Positions 1 through 8,917 of a DNA stretch of 64,000 nucleotides are shown piece after piece. Origin of the DNA: Phycisphaerales bacterium. Its GTDB lineage: Bacteria > Planctomycetota > Phycisphaerae > Phycisphaerales > UBA1924. Positions within the stretch are counted from its first letter, which is position 1. Each line of letters begins with the position of its first letter. The translations under genes were made by a program, and so were the position numbers. The DNA lies in the NCBI GenBank assembly GCA_965227775.1, contig OZ245777.1, positions 2,016,001 to 2,080,000 of the forward strand. The letters are read 5' to 3'. Below the pieces are notes generated by a model. It was not told the DNA's origin. It saw nothing but the letters and a program-made list of their open reading frames with translations, and ran no database searches.

Positions 1-361
1 GCAGCGGCGCGTCGACGACCACGCCCGATGCGCCGCGTGCCCTGGCCGTCTCGACCAACTTCGCGCGTTCCTCGTGCAACCGAGGGTGGACGATCTGCTC
101 GAGCGTCCGCCGCCGAGCCTCGTCGCCGAAGACCGCGTCGGCAATGGCCCTGCGGTCGGGCTTGCCGCTCGCATCCAGCACGCCCCGGCCGAACGCTTGC
201 ACGAGTTCCTCGACGACCTCGGGCCGCTCGAGCACGGCGCGCGCGCCGGCGTCCGAGTCGCTCACCACGAAGCCCAGCTCACCAAGAGCGGCGGCGACGG
301 CGCTCTTGCCGCTTCCGATGCCGCCTGCCAAGCCGAGAATGAGGAAGCCATCGCTCGCCAT
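1..361 (-). CDS. coaE: Dephospho-CoA kinase (partial, runs off window start)
   Basis: Manual translation from ATG 361: MASDGFLILGLAGGIGSGKSAVAA...LEQIVHPRL...VVVDAPL. Shows the P-loop and the CoaE IVHP and DAPL motifs. Not in the ORF track because it is truncated. Confidence 0.92.
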   Translation of the reverse strand, partial: MASDGFLILGLAGGIGSGKSAVAAALGELGFVVSDSDAGARAVLERPEVVEELVQAFGRGVLDASGKPDRRAIADAVFGDEARRRTLEQIVHPRLHEERAKLVETARARGASGVVVDAPL

Positions 362-646
362 GGGGAATACTTGACCCGTCGCGATGGCTGGGGATCATTC
401 TTTCCCGTCTTTTCTTGGAGGCGGGCCAAAAGGAACCTTGCGATGCTGGCGCTGCACACATCACGACTCGCCCTGGCCTATCGGCCGGCGTCGTTCGTGC
501 ACGCTCGAGATTGGCGTCCTGCGGTTCGTCGCCTCGCCGTTGGCTGAGGTCCGAATTCTTTCATTCATCTCGAACCGATTTGTTCCATCCTTTGTGATGC
601 CGCGTGCGCATTCGTGTCGAGCGCTCGCGCGGTGGGAGTGTGCACC

Positions 647-1126
647 ATGACGTACCAGTTCGAAGAATCCAGCGAGCGGCGGCGGGAGCAGCGAAGCCAA
701 GCGCTGCCGCATTCCAGCCTGCACCAGCAGCCCGGCCTGGCGCGGCGCCTGGCGCCCGAAGACGTCGCGCCGGGCCAGTATGCCTGCGTGCTCGTGCGGC
801 ACGAGGTCTACCACCGCTTCGACTGCGAGCAGGAGCGCTTCGTGGGCCACCGCGTGCGCGAGCTGCCCGAGCTCGATAGCGAGGGCGATGAGCAGGCCGG
901 CGGGCGGGCGGGCCAGCCGCTGCGCGTGCTCTGGGTGTGCCTGCCGTTCGTGGTCGTGCGGGCGGTTGGTGTGCCGCGGGCGACAGAGGACTCGGCCCCG
1001 CGTCGCGTGCGCACGCTCGACCTGCGACAGGTCGAGCTGGCCGAGGTCGATGCCGCATACGCGCGGGCGTTCGCCGCGGCTGCGCGGCCGGCGCGACCGC
1101 CGCCGGATGGCTCGGGCCCGGCCTAG
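647..1126 (+). CDS. Hypothetical protein
   Basis: ORF 614..1126; ATG 647 follows GGGAG; plausible composition; no family recognised. Confidence 0.6.
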   Translation: MTYQFEESSERRREQRSQALPHSSLHQQPGLARRLAPEDVAPGQYACVLVRHEVYHRFDCEQERFVGHRVRELPELDSEGDEQAGGRAGQPLRVLWVCLPFVVVRAVGVPRATEDSAPRRVRTLDLRQVELAEVDAAYARAFAAAARPARPPPDGSGPA

Positions 1127-1301
1127 GTCGGTGGTCCTCATCAGGCCCCGTGGCCGTGAAGATTTGATAAACACGCAACCACGGAACAAAGGCCGGCCGG
1201 CGCGTGCTCTATCCTGGGGCACGCGGCGGCCGGCCTGCGTCCGTTCGGTGGGCGTCGGCGCCGGCGTGAGACGTGCGAGCTTGCAGAACAGGAGAACCAC
1301 G

Positions 1302-1781
1302 ATGCCAACCTCGACCACCCTGCGCACCGCTATTGCCACCGGCTTGCTGGCCGCCTCACTCACGCTCACGGCCTGCGCCATTACCGCGTCGGGCGACACC
1401 GCGAGCATGAGCCGCGCCGACAAGCAGAGCCTGGCGAGCACTGCCAATGGTGCAGAGGTTGTCGCCGTGATGATGACCGCCGACTGGTGTGGCCCCTGCA
1501 AGCAGTTGGAGCCCAAGTTCCAGGAGGCCCTGACCGACCTGCCGTACAACAGCGTCCGCGTGATCGTGGCCGACTACACCGACCGCCGCGACCCGGCTGC
1601 GACGCAGACGCTGGCGGACGCGGGCCTCTCGGGCCTGGGTGAGAGCAACGGCGGCACGACCGGGCTTATCTACCTGCTGGATGCCGACACAGGCGCCGTC
1701 CTCGGCCAGATCACCGGCGGCGGCGCGAGCACCGCGCAGATCCGCCAGACGATGCAGGACGCGATCGCGCAAGCGAGCTGA
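1302..1781 (+). CDS. Thioredoxin-fold lipoprotein
   Basis: AGGAGA RBS, lipobox LTAC, WCGPC active site. Confidence 0.85.
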   Translation: MPTSTTLRTAIATGLLAASLTLTACAITASGDTASMSRADKQSLASTANGAEVVAVMMTADWCGPCKQLEPKFQEALTDLPYNSVRVIVADYTDRRDPAATQTLADAGLSGLGESNGGTTGLIYLLDADTGAVLGQITGGGASTAQIRQTMQDAIAQAS

Positions 1782-1901
1782 GCGAGCGACGTGTCCAATC
1801 CGCACTGAGTAGACGCACAGGCCGGCCACCAACTCGGGTGAAGCCGGCCTTCTTGCCTTGTAATGTGCAGCATTTTCTGGGTTTCGTGGTACACTCGAGC
1901 G

Positions 1902-4436
1902 ATGCCGCACACGCCGAGATGCAGTTCCAGTATTCGCGGCGCCGCCCTCCGGTCGCTCGCGGCTGCGTGCATCCTCGCGGTCGCGGGCTCGCCCGTGATG
2001 GCGCAAGAGACTGTCAAGTGGATCCGGACCTTCGCTGGCGACTATGACGTTGCGGGCAACTGGTTCCCGGCCGTCGTGCCGGGCCCGATGGATACCGCCG
2101 TGCTTGGCGTGCTCCGGCCGGATCGCGGGTACGAGGTCAGGATCGATCAGGACGCCGCGGTCGGCTGGCTGGCGTTCGAGAACCCGCTGGCGGAGGTCAA
2201 GATCGAAGAGGGCGCGACCTTCACTGTTGGTCGGGTGACCGGGCGTGGGCGGCTGATCGTCTCGGACTCGGCTGACGTCTCCATCTCTCGGCTTCGGCTG
2301 GGGGACGGCGCCACCGTAGAAGCCGACATCAATATGAACCGGGAGTTTTCGACCATCGAGCGAGCGGGCTCGGGCGACGCTCCTGTGTTCGGTGCTGACA
2401 CATCGATCCGAGGCCAGGGCTTTCTGATTGGAGACTTCGTCGTCCTCGGTGATATCGAGGCTCGATTTGGGCGGATCGGATTCCAGCGCGGAACGACGAC
2501 GCTGGGCCCCGATTCGATCGTCCACGCCGTGCCCGGCGGCGTGTACAGGGTGGCGTCCAACGGCCGGGTCTCGGGCGGCACGTGGCTGGCGGGCTTGGGT
2601 GACGAGGCCGGCGTGTTCGACGGCGACGGAACCGGTGGCATCGCCGATACGAGGCTTGAGGGCGAGTGGGGCTTCGAACCCGGCGATGGAATCTTCCTCG
2701 CCGGTGACATCTCTGGTCCGGGCAATCTCATCGTGCACCGAGACCCTACGGCCGGGTTCACCACCCTGGGGATCGAGACGGGAGCCACGATCGGCGTGGA
2801 CATCTTCCTCAGCACAAGCCCGTTTCCACCAAGCCGCGCCAGCATCGCGAGCGTGGGTGACGGCGATCCTGCGATCTTCCTTCCCGACACGACGATCTCT
2901 GGCAACGGCGCGCTGCACGGGGCTTTCGAGATGCAGGGTCGCGTCGAGGTCGTTGGTGATGGAGCGGTGATCGAGTTCTCAAGCGGCAGGTTGTCGGCGA
3001 CGCCGGACGCGGCATTCGTGGTCGATGCAGGACAATTCGTGTTCCGAGATAGCTCGTTGACCGGCGGCAGGATCGAGGCCAGCAACGACGGCCTTGTCTT
3101 CCTGGATAACTCCACCGTCGAGGGTGCTGTTTTGTCGGGAACCGACGGCGCTGTGGTCAGGGGCTTTGGCACGACGGGTGGTTCGCTCGTCGATTGCACG
3201 ATCGAGGGCGACTGGCAGGTCAACGATGGAGCCGGAATCGGGCTGGGCGGCGTGTTCGATGGGCCGGGCACGCTCACGCTCGGTCGATCCTCGCCGACAT
3301 CGACCACGAACGCGGGTGTCGCCAGCGGCGCTCTGATCGAAGCACGCATCCGGCTGGCCACCAACGGCGCCCTTCTGTCCGCAGATCCAGCGGCCGCAGC
3401 ACCCACGCTCGGTCCGAACAGCGTCGTGAGCGGCCGTGGCCGGATCTCGGGCGGTTTCGTGATCCAGAGCGACATCGTGGCCGAGGGCGGCAGGCTGGCG
3501 CTCACAGAGGGAGACTTCGCACTCGAGCCGGGTGTCACCATGCGCGCCCTCTCCGGAGCTTCGCTGGCCGTGTTGGACGATGCACGCGTGACCGGTGGCA
3601 CGTGGGACGGCGGCTCGGGCACCAACCTAGCCGGCGATGGCTTCGGCACGATTGTCGACGGGCGCTTCGAGGGGCGATGGCGCTTCGGCAGCATTCGCCT
3701 CGCCGGTCACGCAACGGGCACGGGCACGCTGGCTGCCCCCGCGCCCGGCCGGATCCCCGTCGAGACCGACACGACGCTCGATGTGCACCTGATTCTCGAA
3801 GCCGCGCCCGACGAGCGCTCGTCGGTCGTGCTCTCGCGTCTGCCCGGCGGCGGCACGGCCACGATCGGCGTTGATGGCATTCTCAGCGGCAATGGCCTGA
3901 TCGTCGGCAACTTCACGATCGCCGGCACGCTGCGCCCGGGGCTCGATGGTGAGGACGAGGGCGTGCTCGACCCGCGGGCCGGCACGCTGACGCTGACCGA
4001 GACCGCGCGCGTCGAGATCCGCGCCGCTGGCCCGGCCGACGACCAGCACGGGCGCATCGCCGGCACGGGCGATATCGAGCTCGCCGGCACGCTCTCGCTC
4101 AACTTTGCTGACGGCTACACGCCGGGCCCGCACGACGTCTTCGAGGTCGTGCGCATGCGCGGGTCGCTGGGCACCTTCGACGACATCAGCGTGCAAGCCG
4201 TGCCGGGCCTCGAGCCCATCGGCCCACCGCATGCTGTGTACGACGATGGCTCGGTGCGCCTCGTGCTGTGCGCCGCCGACCGCGACGGCGACGGCGAGCT
4301 GACGGCGTTCGACCTGCTGGCCTACATGAACCAGTTCGCCGACGGCGATCCGCAGGCCGACCTGGACGCCGACGGCGAGCTGACCGTGTTCGACTTCCTC
4401 GCGTTCCAGAACAAGTTCCAGGCGGGCTGCGAGTAG
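1902..4436 (+). CDS. Secreted Gly-rich beta-helix-like repeat protein with C-terminal GC-type dockerin
   Basis: Signal peptide; internal Gly-rich repeats; ends CAADRDGDGELTAFDLL...ADLDADGELTVFDFLAFQNKFQAGCE. Confidence 0.85.
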   Translation: MPHTPRCSSSIRGAALRSLAAACILAVAGSPVMAQETVKWIRTFAGDYDVAGNWFPAVVPGPMDTAVLGVLRPDRGYEVRIDQDAAVGWLAFENPLAEVKIEEGATFTVGRVTGRGRLIVSDSADVSISRLRLGDGATVEADINMNREFSTIERAGSGDAPVFGADTSIRGQGFLIGDFVVLGDIEARFGRIGFQRGTTTLGPDSIVHAVPGGVYRVASNGRVSGGTWLAGLGDEAGVFDGDGTGGIADTRLEGEWGFEPGDGIFLAGDISGPGNLIVHRDPTAGFTTLGIETGATIGVDIFLSTSPFPPSRASIASVGDGDPAIFLPDTTISGNGALHGAFEMQGRVEVVGDGAVIEFSSGRLSATPDAAFVVDAGQFVFRDSSLTGGRIEASNDGLVFLDNSTVEGAVLSGTDGAVVRGFGTTGGSLVDCTIEGDWQVNDGAGIGLGGVFDGPGTLTLGRSSPTSTTNAGVASGALIEARIRLATNGALLSADPAAAAPTLGPNSVVSGRGRISGGFVIQSDIVAEGGRLALTEGDFALEPGVTMRALSGASLAVLDDARVTGGTWDGGSGTNLAGDGFGTIVDGRFEGRWRFGSIRLAGHATGTGTLAAPAPGRIPVETDTTLDVHLILEAAPDERSSVVLSRLPGGGTATIGVDGILSGNGLIVGNFTIAGTLRPGLDGEDEGVLDPRAGTLTLTETARVEIRAAGPADDQHGRIAGTGDIELAGTLSLNFADGYTPGPHDVFEVVRMRGSLGTFDDISVQAVPGLEPIGPPHAVYDDGSVRLVLCAADRDGDGELTAFDLLAYMNQFADGDPQADLDADGELTVFDFLAFQNKFQAGCE

Positions 4437-4487
4437 AAGGAGCGATGCGGAACCTGCAAGCTCCAATCGCAACCCTGCGATCGCGGC

Positions 4488-5354
4488 TCAGAACGGTCCG
4501 GCGCTGCTAGGCGGGTTCGGGTGAGCGACCGCGACCCCGGGAGCCGCCGCCCCACACTCCGGGCACGCGGCCTCAGCGTCGAGCCCGCCTCGGTCGTACC
4601 CGCACGCGGCACACCGCCCGCGCCGCCGACGCAGAGCGCGACGGATGACGCCCGGCGTGCGCCATGCGATGAACAGCAGCAGGGCGTAGAACCCCGTGTT
4701 GATCGCGAAGCCGGGCCAGAGGGGGAACAGGGGTAGGGCGAAGCGGTCGAGGGGACTGGGGCGGGTGCCCAGCCGAACGAATCGAGTCTGCGGAGCGAGC
4801 GGCGTGGAAGTCAGGTCGATCCCGCCACGAAGCGACAGGGCTGGTGTGCGCGTGGTCGAGTGCTGGGCGGCGGCGGGCTTGAACACACCAATGAAACACC
4901 CGTGCTGCAGGGCCGCGGCGGGCCAGCCCGTCCGAAAGTGGGCAAGTTGTTCTAAGGCAATCAGCGACCGCACCTCGCCCGATTCGAACTCGGGCAGTTC
5001 TTCGGCGGAGGTCAGCATGTCCCACTCGCGAGCGTGCCAACCCCACGCGCGACGTTCCGCCCATACCCAGACGCTTGCGCGCATCGGCGGATCCTCACGC
5101 ATGCTCTTCGGAACGACCCGGTGGACCCGCCAGGGATATTGGAGAAGATCGACTTCGGCCATCGGATCCGGATCCGGCACCACGATGTCGGTCGACCACA
5201 GGTCCGGACCGGTGCGCCACAGGACGTACGCGTCGTGCTGCCCATGCGCCTGCCATGCGTACCGGGCATGGATCGCCCACGACGAGAGCACCGTCGCGAC
5301 CGCCCCCAGCAGGGCGAACACGAGCAGCGTGCGGATGGCGCGGCCCCAACGCAT
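4488..5354 (-). CDS. Membrane protein with C-terminal CxxC...CPECG zinc ribbon (paralog A)
   Basis: N-terminal TM, GWP motif, LPLFPLWPG-TM, poly-Arg, CAACGY...CPECG. Confidence 0.85.
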   Translation of the reverse strand: MRWGRAIRTLLVFALLGAVATVLSSWAIHARYAWQAHGQHDAYVLWRTGPDLWSTDIVVPDPDPMAEVDLLQYPWRVHRVVPKSMREDPPMRASVWVWAERRAWGWHAREWDMLTSAEELPEFESGEVRSLIALEQLAHFRTGWPAAALQHGCFIGVFKPAAAQHSTTRTPALSLRGGIDLTSTPLAPQTRFVRLGTRPSPLDRFALPLFPLWPGFAINTGFYALLLFIAWRTPGVIRRALRRRRGRCAACGYDRGGLDAEAACPECGAAAPGVAVAHPNPPSSAGPF

Positions 5355-5363
5355 CGCGAGAGC

Positions 5364-6173
5364 CTACGTCGCGGCGGCGGGCGCGGTTGCCACGCGAGCG
5401 TCTACGCCAGCCCCGCACTCCGGGCACGCCGCGCCGGCATCCAGCCCATCGCGGCTATACCCGCACCCAACACACCGCCCACGCCGCCGACGCAGCGTGC
5501 GACGGACGACGCCCGGCGTACGCAACGCGCCGAACAGCAGCAGGGCGTAAAAGGCGGTGTTGATTGCGAAGCCGGGCCAGAGGGGGAGCAGGGGGAGGGC
5601 GAAGCGGTCGAGGGGGTTTGAGTTCAAGGGGGCGGCGCTTGCCGGTTGATGGCGTCGATCGATCCATGGCAGCACCTGGGCGCCGCCATGCAGTGAAAGG
5701 GCCGGGGTGTGGCTGCGTTGTTGGGTCGCGTCAGGAGCGACGAAGAACGCAGTGTATGAGCCGACAGAGAACGCCGGAAGGGGCCACCCGGAGTCGAGTA
5801 GCAGGAGTTTCTCTTGGCCCATGTTGAATCGCTCGTCCGGATCTCGCCTGGTCCCGATCTCCACGTAGCGGCCACTCCATCCCACGCCTTGTTGCCAGCC
5901 AAGCACCATGTATTGCGGCTCTGCTGAGGCCGCCCAGGCGTGGCCGGAAGGAAGCCGGCGCAGGACGGTCCAACGCTCATCGCTTGGACGAGCGTCCGCT
6001 TGTGACTGCAGACCATCGCGGGAATCGGCGCGTTGCCACTCCTTCAGCGGATAGAGACCGCTCAGCAGCGGCCATCCGTGCACCGCGTGGATCGCCCACG
6101 ACGAGAGCACCGTCGTAACCGCCCCCAGCAGGGCGAACACGAGCAGCGTGCGGATGGCCCGGCCCCAACGCAT
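5364..6173 (-). CDS. Membrane protein with C-terminal zinc ribbon (paralog B)
   Basis: Same architecture as A; MRWGRAIRTLLVFALLG start; CVGCGY...CPECG. Confidence 0.85.
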   Translation of the reverse strand: MRWGRAIRTLLVFALLGAVTTVLSSWAIHAVHGWPLLSGLYPLKEWQRADSRDGLQSQADARPSDERWTVLRRLPSGHAWAASAEPQYMVLGWQQGVGWSGRYVEIGTRRDPDERFNMGQEKLLLLDSGWPLPAFSVGSYTAFFVAPDATQQRSHTPALSLHGGAQVLPWIDRRHQPASAAPLNSNPLDRFALPLLPLWPGFAINTAFYALLLFGALRTPGVVRRTLRRRRGRCVGCGYSRDGLDAGAACPECGAGVDARVATAPAAAT

Positions 6174-6182
6174 TGCAAGAGC

Positions 6183-6989
6183 CTACGTCGCAGCGGCGGG
6201 CGCGGTTGCCACGCAAGCGCCCGCCCCCGCTCCGCACTCCGGGCACGCCGCGCCGCCGTCGAGCCCGCCTCGGTCGTACCCGCACGCGGCACACCGCCCA
6301 CGCCGCCGCAGCGTGCGACAAACGATGCCCGGCTATCGCCACGCGATGCACAGCAGCAGGGCGTAGAAGGCGGTGTTGATGAAGAAGCCGGGCCAGACGG
6401 GCAGCAGGGGGAGAGCGAAGCGGTCGAAGGGGTTGTGGGGGTTGGGTGGCCGCGAGGCGGAACGGCTCGAACCGTGCACCCACGGGATGAACTGCACGCC
6501 ACCGTGCAGCGAGATAGGGGGGGTGAGCGTGTGCGCTTGAACTGCTTGCCTGTCTCCAAAGGTTCCGGCATATGTGCTGTGCTGTATCGAAGGAATCGGG
6601 AAACCGCTTTGCAGCATGCCAAGTCCCTCATAGGTCGCAACGTGCGGGCCGGCCCCGAACCGAGCCGTTGTCAGACGCTGCGTGTACACGCGCCAGCCCC
6701 AGGCGGAAAGGCGACGAGGCTGAGAGAACTCAACGACGTTTGGATTCGACCAAGCCGCATCGATGGGTTGCTGCCGGTGTGGCGACCATGCATCCGGCGA
6801 GGCCTGTTCGCGCCCGTTCCAGAACGGTGTATCCGGCAGTTGAACCGTGTCCCAGTCGTCCACTGGCTGCAAGCCCCGACTCACGCGCCACGCCTGCACC
6901 GCATGGATCGCCCAGGACGAGAGCACCGTCGCCACCGTCCCCAGCAGCACGAACACGAGCAGCGTGCGGATGAATCGGCCCAAACGCAT
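6183..6989 (-). pseudogene. Zinc-ribbon membrane protein paralog C with in-frame TAG at 6333-6335
   Basis: After the TAG the same frame continues PGIVCRTLRRRGRCAACGYDRGGLDGGAACPECG...VATAPAAAT to a stop at 6183. Confidence 0.8.
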
Positions 6990-7082
6990 CGTCAGAGCCT
7001 ACGTCGCTGTGCCGGGCGCGGTTGCCACGATGGCCAGCCCACGAGCGTCGCACGGCGGGCCGACGGCCCGCTACCGTCCCCC

Positions 7083-7773
7083 ATGCGCCACCGCCGCGAA
7101 GCGAAGACGACGCGCCGCCCCCGCGTGATCACGTGGCGGCTCGTGATCGTGTCGCTGGTGGTGGGGGTGGTGCTGGCGGTGGGGAGCGTGCCGTTCGCGG
7201 CGGTTGCATGGCAATCGGCTAAGAACGTAAAGCAAGGGCCCGATCTTGCAGCGTGTTTCCAACGCGAAGGGCACGGAGTCCTGGTCACGCGCTACGACTA
7301 CGTCGGGGCGACGACATGGGGCTCATTGAGCGCGCCCGGGGTTGATGATGCCACGCTTAACTATTTTGCGGGACGCGGAAGCCATGTCGGTGGACTCAGA
7401 TCCCAGGCCGCGTGGGCTTTGTACGCCTCTTGATGATCGAATTCGCAGCATCTCCAGCTTCCGATTTGGCTGGCCGCTACGAGGCGCCCACTACGCCCAC
7501 CGGAATGCCTTGAATCCTCACAACTACGACACGAGCGGCGAGTTGCTTGTGACCGCGCGTGGTCGAGACTGGGCCATCCCGTACCTTCCCCTTTGGCCCG
7601 GGCTGCTGGGCAACACGCTCTTCTACGCGATCCTCGCGCTCATCCCGCTTTCGCTGCTCCGCCGTCGCAAACTGCGCCGCCGCGCGCGACGTGGTCTGTG
7701 CCTCGAGTGCGCGTACGAGCTAGGCGAGTGCGTCAGCGCGTGCCCCGAGTGCGGTTTGGGAAGAGTGGTGTGA
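7083..7773 (+). pseudogene. Frameshifted zinc-ribbon membrane protein (paralog D, homolog of 8918..9616)
   Basis: N-terminal half (PRVITWRLVIVSLVVGVVLAVGSVP) is in one frame and the C-terminal half (DPRPRG...GWP...LPLWPG...CLECAY...CPECG) in another; span is 691 nt = 3n+1. Confidence 0.8.
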
Positions 7774-7779
7774 CGCTGA

Positions 7780-8115
7780 TCAGGACTGCAGGAACGGCAT
7801 GAACGCCGAGCACAACACGACGAGGATGCTGGCGAGCGCGAGCAGGGCGGGGAGCGCGAGCAGCGCTCGCCTGCGCGACGGCAGCATCGCCCAGACCAGG
7901 AACGCCACGGCATCGAGCAGCACCAGCGCGATGACCACCATGCCCGCGACGACGAGGTTGCCCATCTGCTCGGGCCAGTCGGCGATCTGCGTGAGTTCCA
8001 GCAGCAGGTACTGAGCGGGCACTACTAGCGCGACGAGCCCCACGCTGGCGAACCGGGCCTTGCACGCCCACGACGGATGAGCCGGCGGGGCGTCTTGTGG
8101 CGGCGGGGTGTCCAT
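7780..8115 (-). CDS. Small membrane protein (about 3 TM)
   Basis: Hydrophobic ORF from ATG 8115, preceded by TACGGT-N5. Confidence 0.65.
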   Translation of the reverse strand: MDTPPPQDAPPAHPSWACKARFASVGLVALVVPAQYLLLELTQIADWPEQMGNLVVAGMVVIALVLLDAVAFLVWAMLPSRRRALLALPALLALASILVVLCSAFMPFLQS

Positions 8116-8248
8116 GGGCGACCGTACGCCGTTGGCGTGCATCGCCGCGGAGCACCGGCCAATCCGTTGGTCAGCCGGCGCTTCCTGGTGTAATCTGGAG
8201 GGGGTCGGCGGGCGATCCGCCGGCAAGCGGGCTAGCCAGGAGGATGCC

Positions 8249-8878
8249 ATGACGAGCAGGATCCAGTCCACGAAGCGCCAGGGCCGCGCGGCAGCGGCCG
8301 TTGCGACGCTGCTGGCCGTCGCCACTTTCGCCCACGCACAGACCGCGCGCAACGGCGTGAACATCGTCGTGGAAGACACGACGCTCGAGCTGGGCCAGTC
8401 GACGACGATCCGGCTCGAGGCGTACTTCGATCCCGACCTCTACGCCATGGCCAGCATCAACACGTCGCTGTTCTCCAGCGAGGGGCTCGCGGGCCTGACC
8501 GACTGGCGGCTGGTGGCGCCCATGGACGGCGCGGGCACGAGCGTTGGAAGGCCGGGCGCCGACGGCGTGGACGGCATCCTTGCCGCGCAACTGCACTTTC
8601 CCCCGGCTGGCATCCTCGGCGAGCCCTCCAACCCGATCTCGTTCTGGGAGGCGACGTACACCGCGCCCCTGGCCGGGGCCGAGCCGCTGTTCATCGATCT
8701 CTCGACCGACACGACGCGGTTCGATGTCTACCTGCGGGCGGACGACGCCACATCGGAGTCCAGGCTCGGCGACTTCGCGGAGGGCGCGGCGCGGATCACC
8801 ATCGTCCCAGCGCCCGCCGGGGCGCTCGTGCTCGCGCCCGCCGCGCTCGCGTTGTCCGTTTCGCGTCGCCGCCGCTAG
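8249..8878 (+). CDS. Secreted protein with PEP-CTERM-like sorting tail
   Basis: AGGAGG RBS, signal peptide, C-terminal VPAPAGALVLAPAALALSVSRRRR. Confidence 0.8.
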   Translation: MTSRIQSTKRQGRAAAAVATLLAVATFAHAQTARNGVNIVVEDTTLELGQSTTIRLEAYFDPDLYAMASINTSLFSSEGLAGLTDWRLVAPMDGAGTSVGRPGADGVDGILAAQLHFPPAGILGEPSNPISFWEATYTAPLAGAEPLFIDLSTDTTRFDVYLRADDATSESRLGDFAEGAARITIVPAPAGALVLAPAALALSVSRRRR

Positions 8879-8917
8879 CCATCCACGGATCGTTTTCGAA
8901 GCTCGCTACCGTTCTCC

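Noticed and set aside
6333..6335. Amber recoding or pyrrolysine readthrough
   Set aside because: TAG is a frequent genuine stop throughout the window and no pyl genes are visible; a nonsense mutation or sequencing error is simpler.
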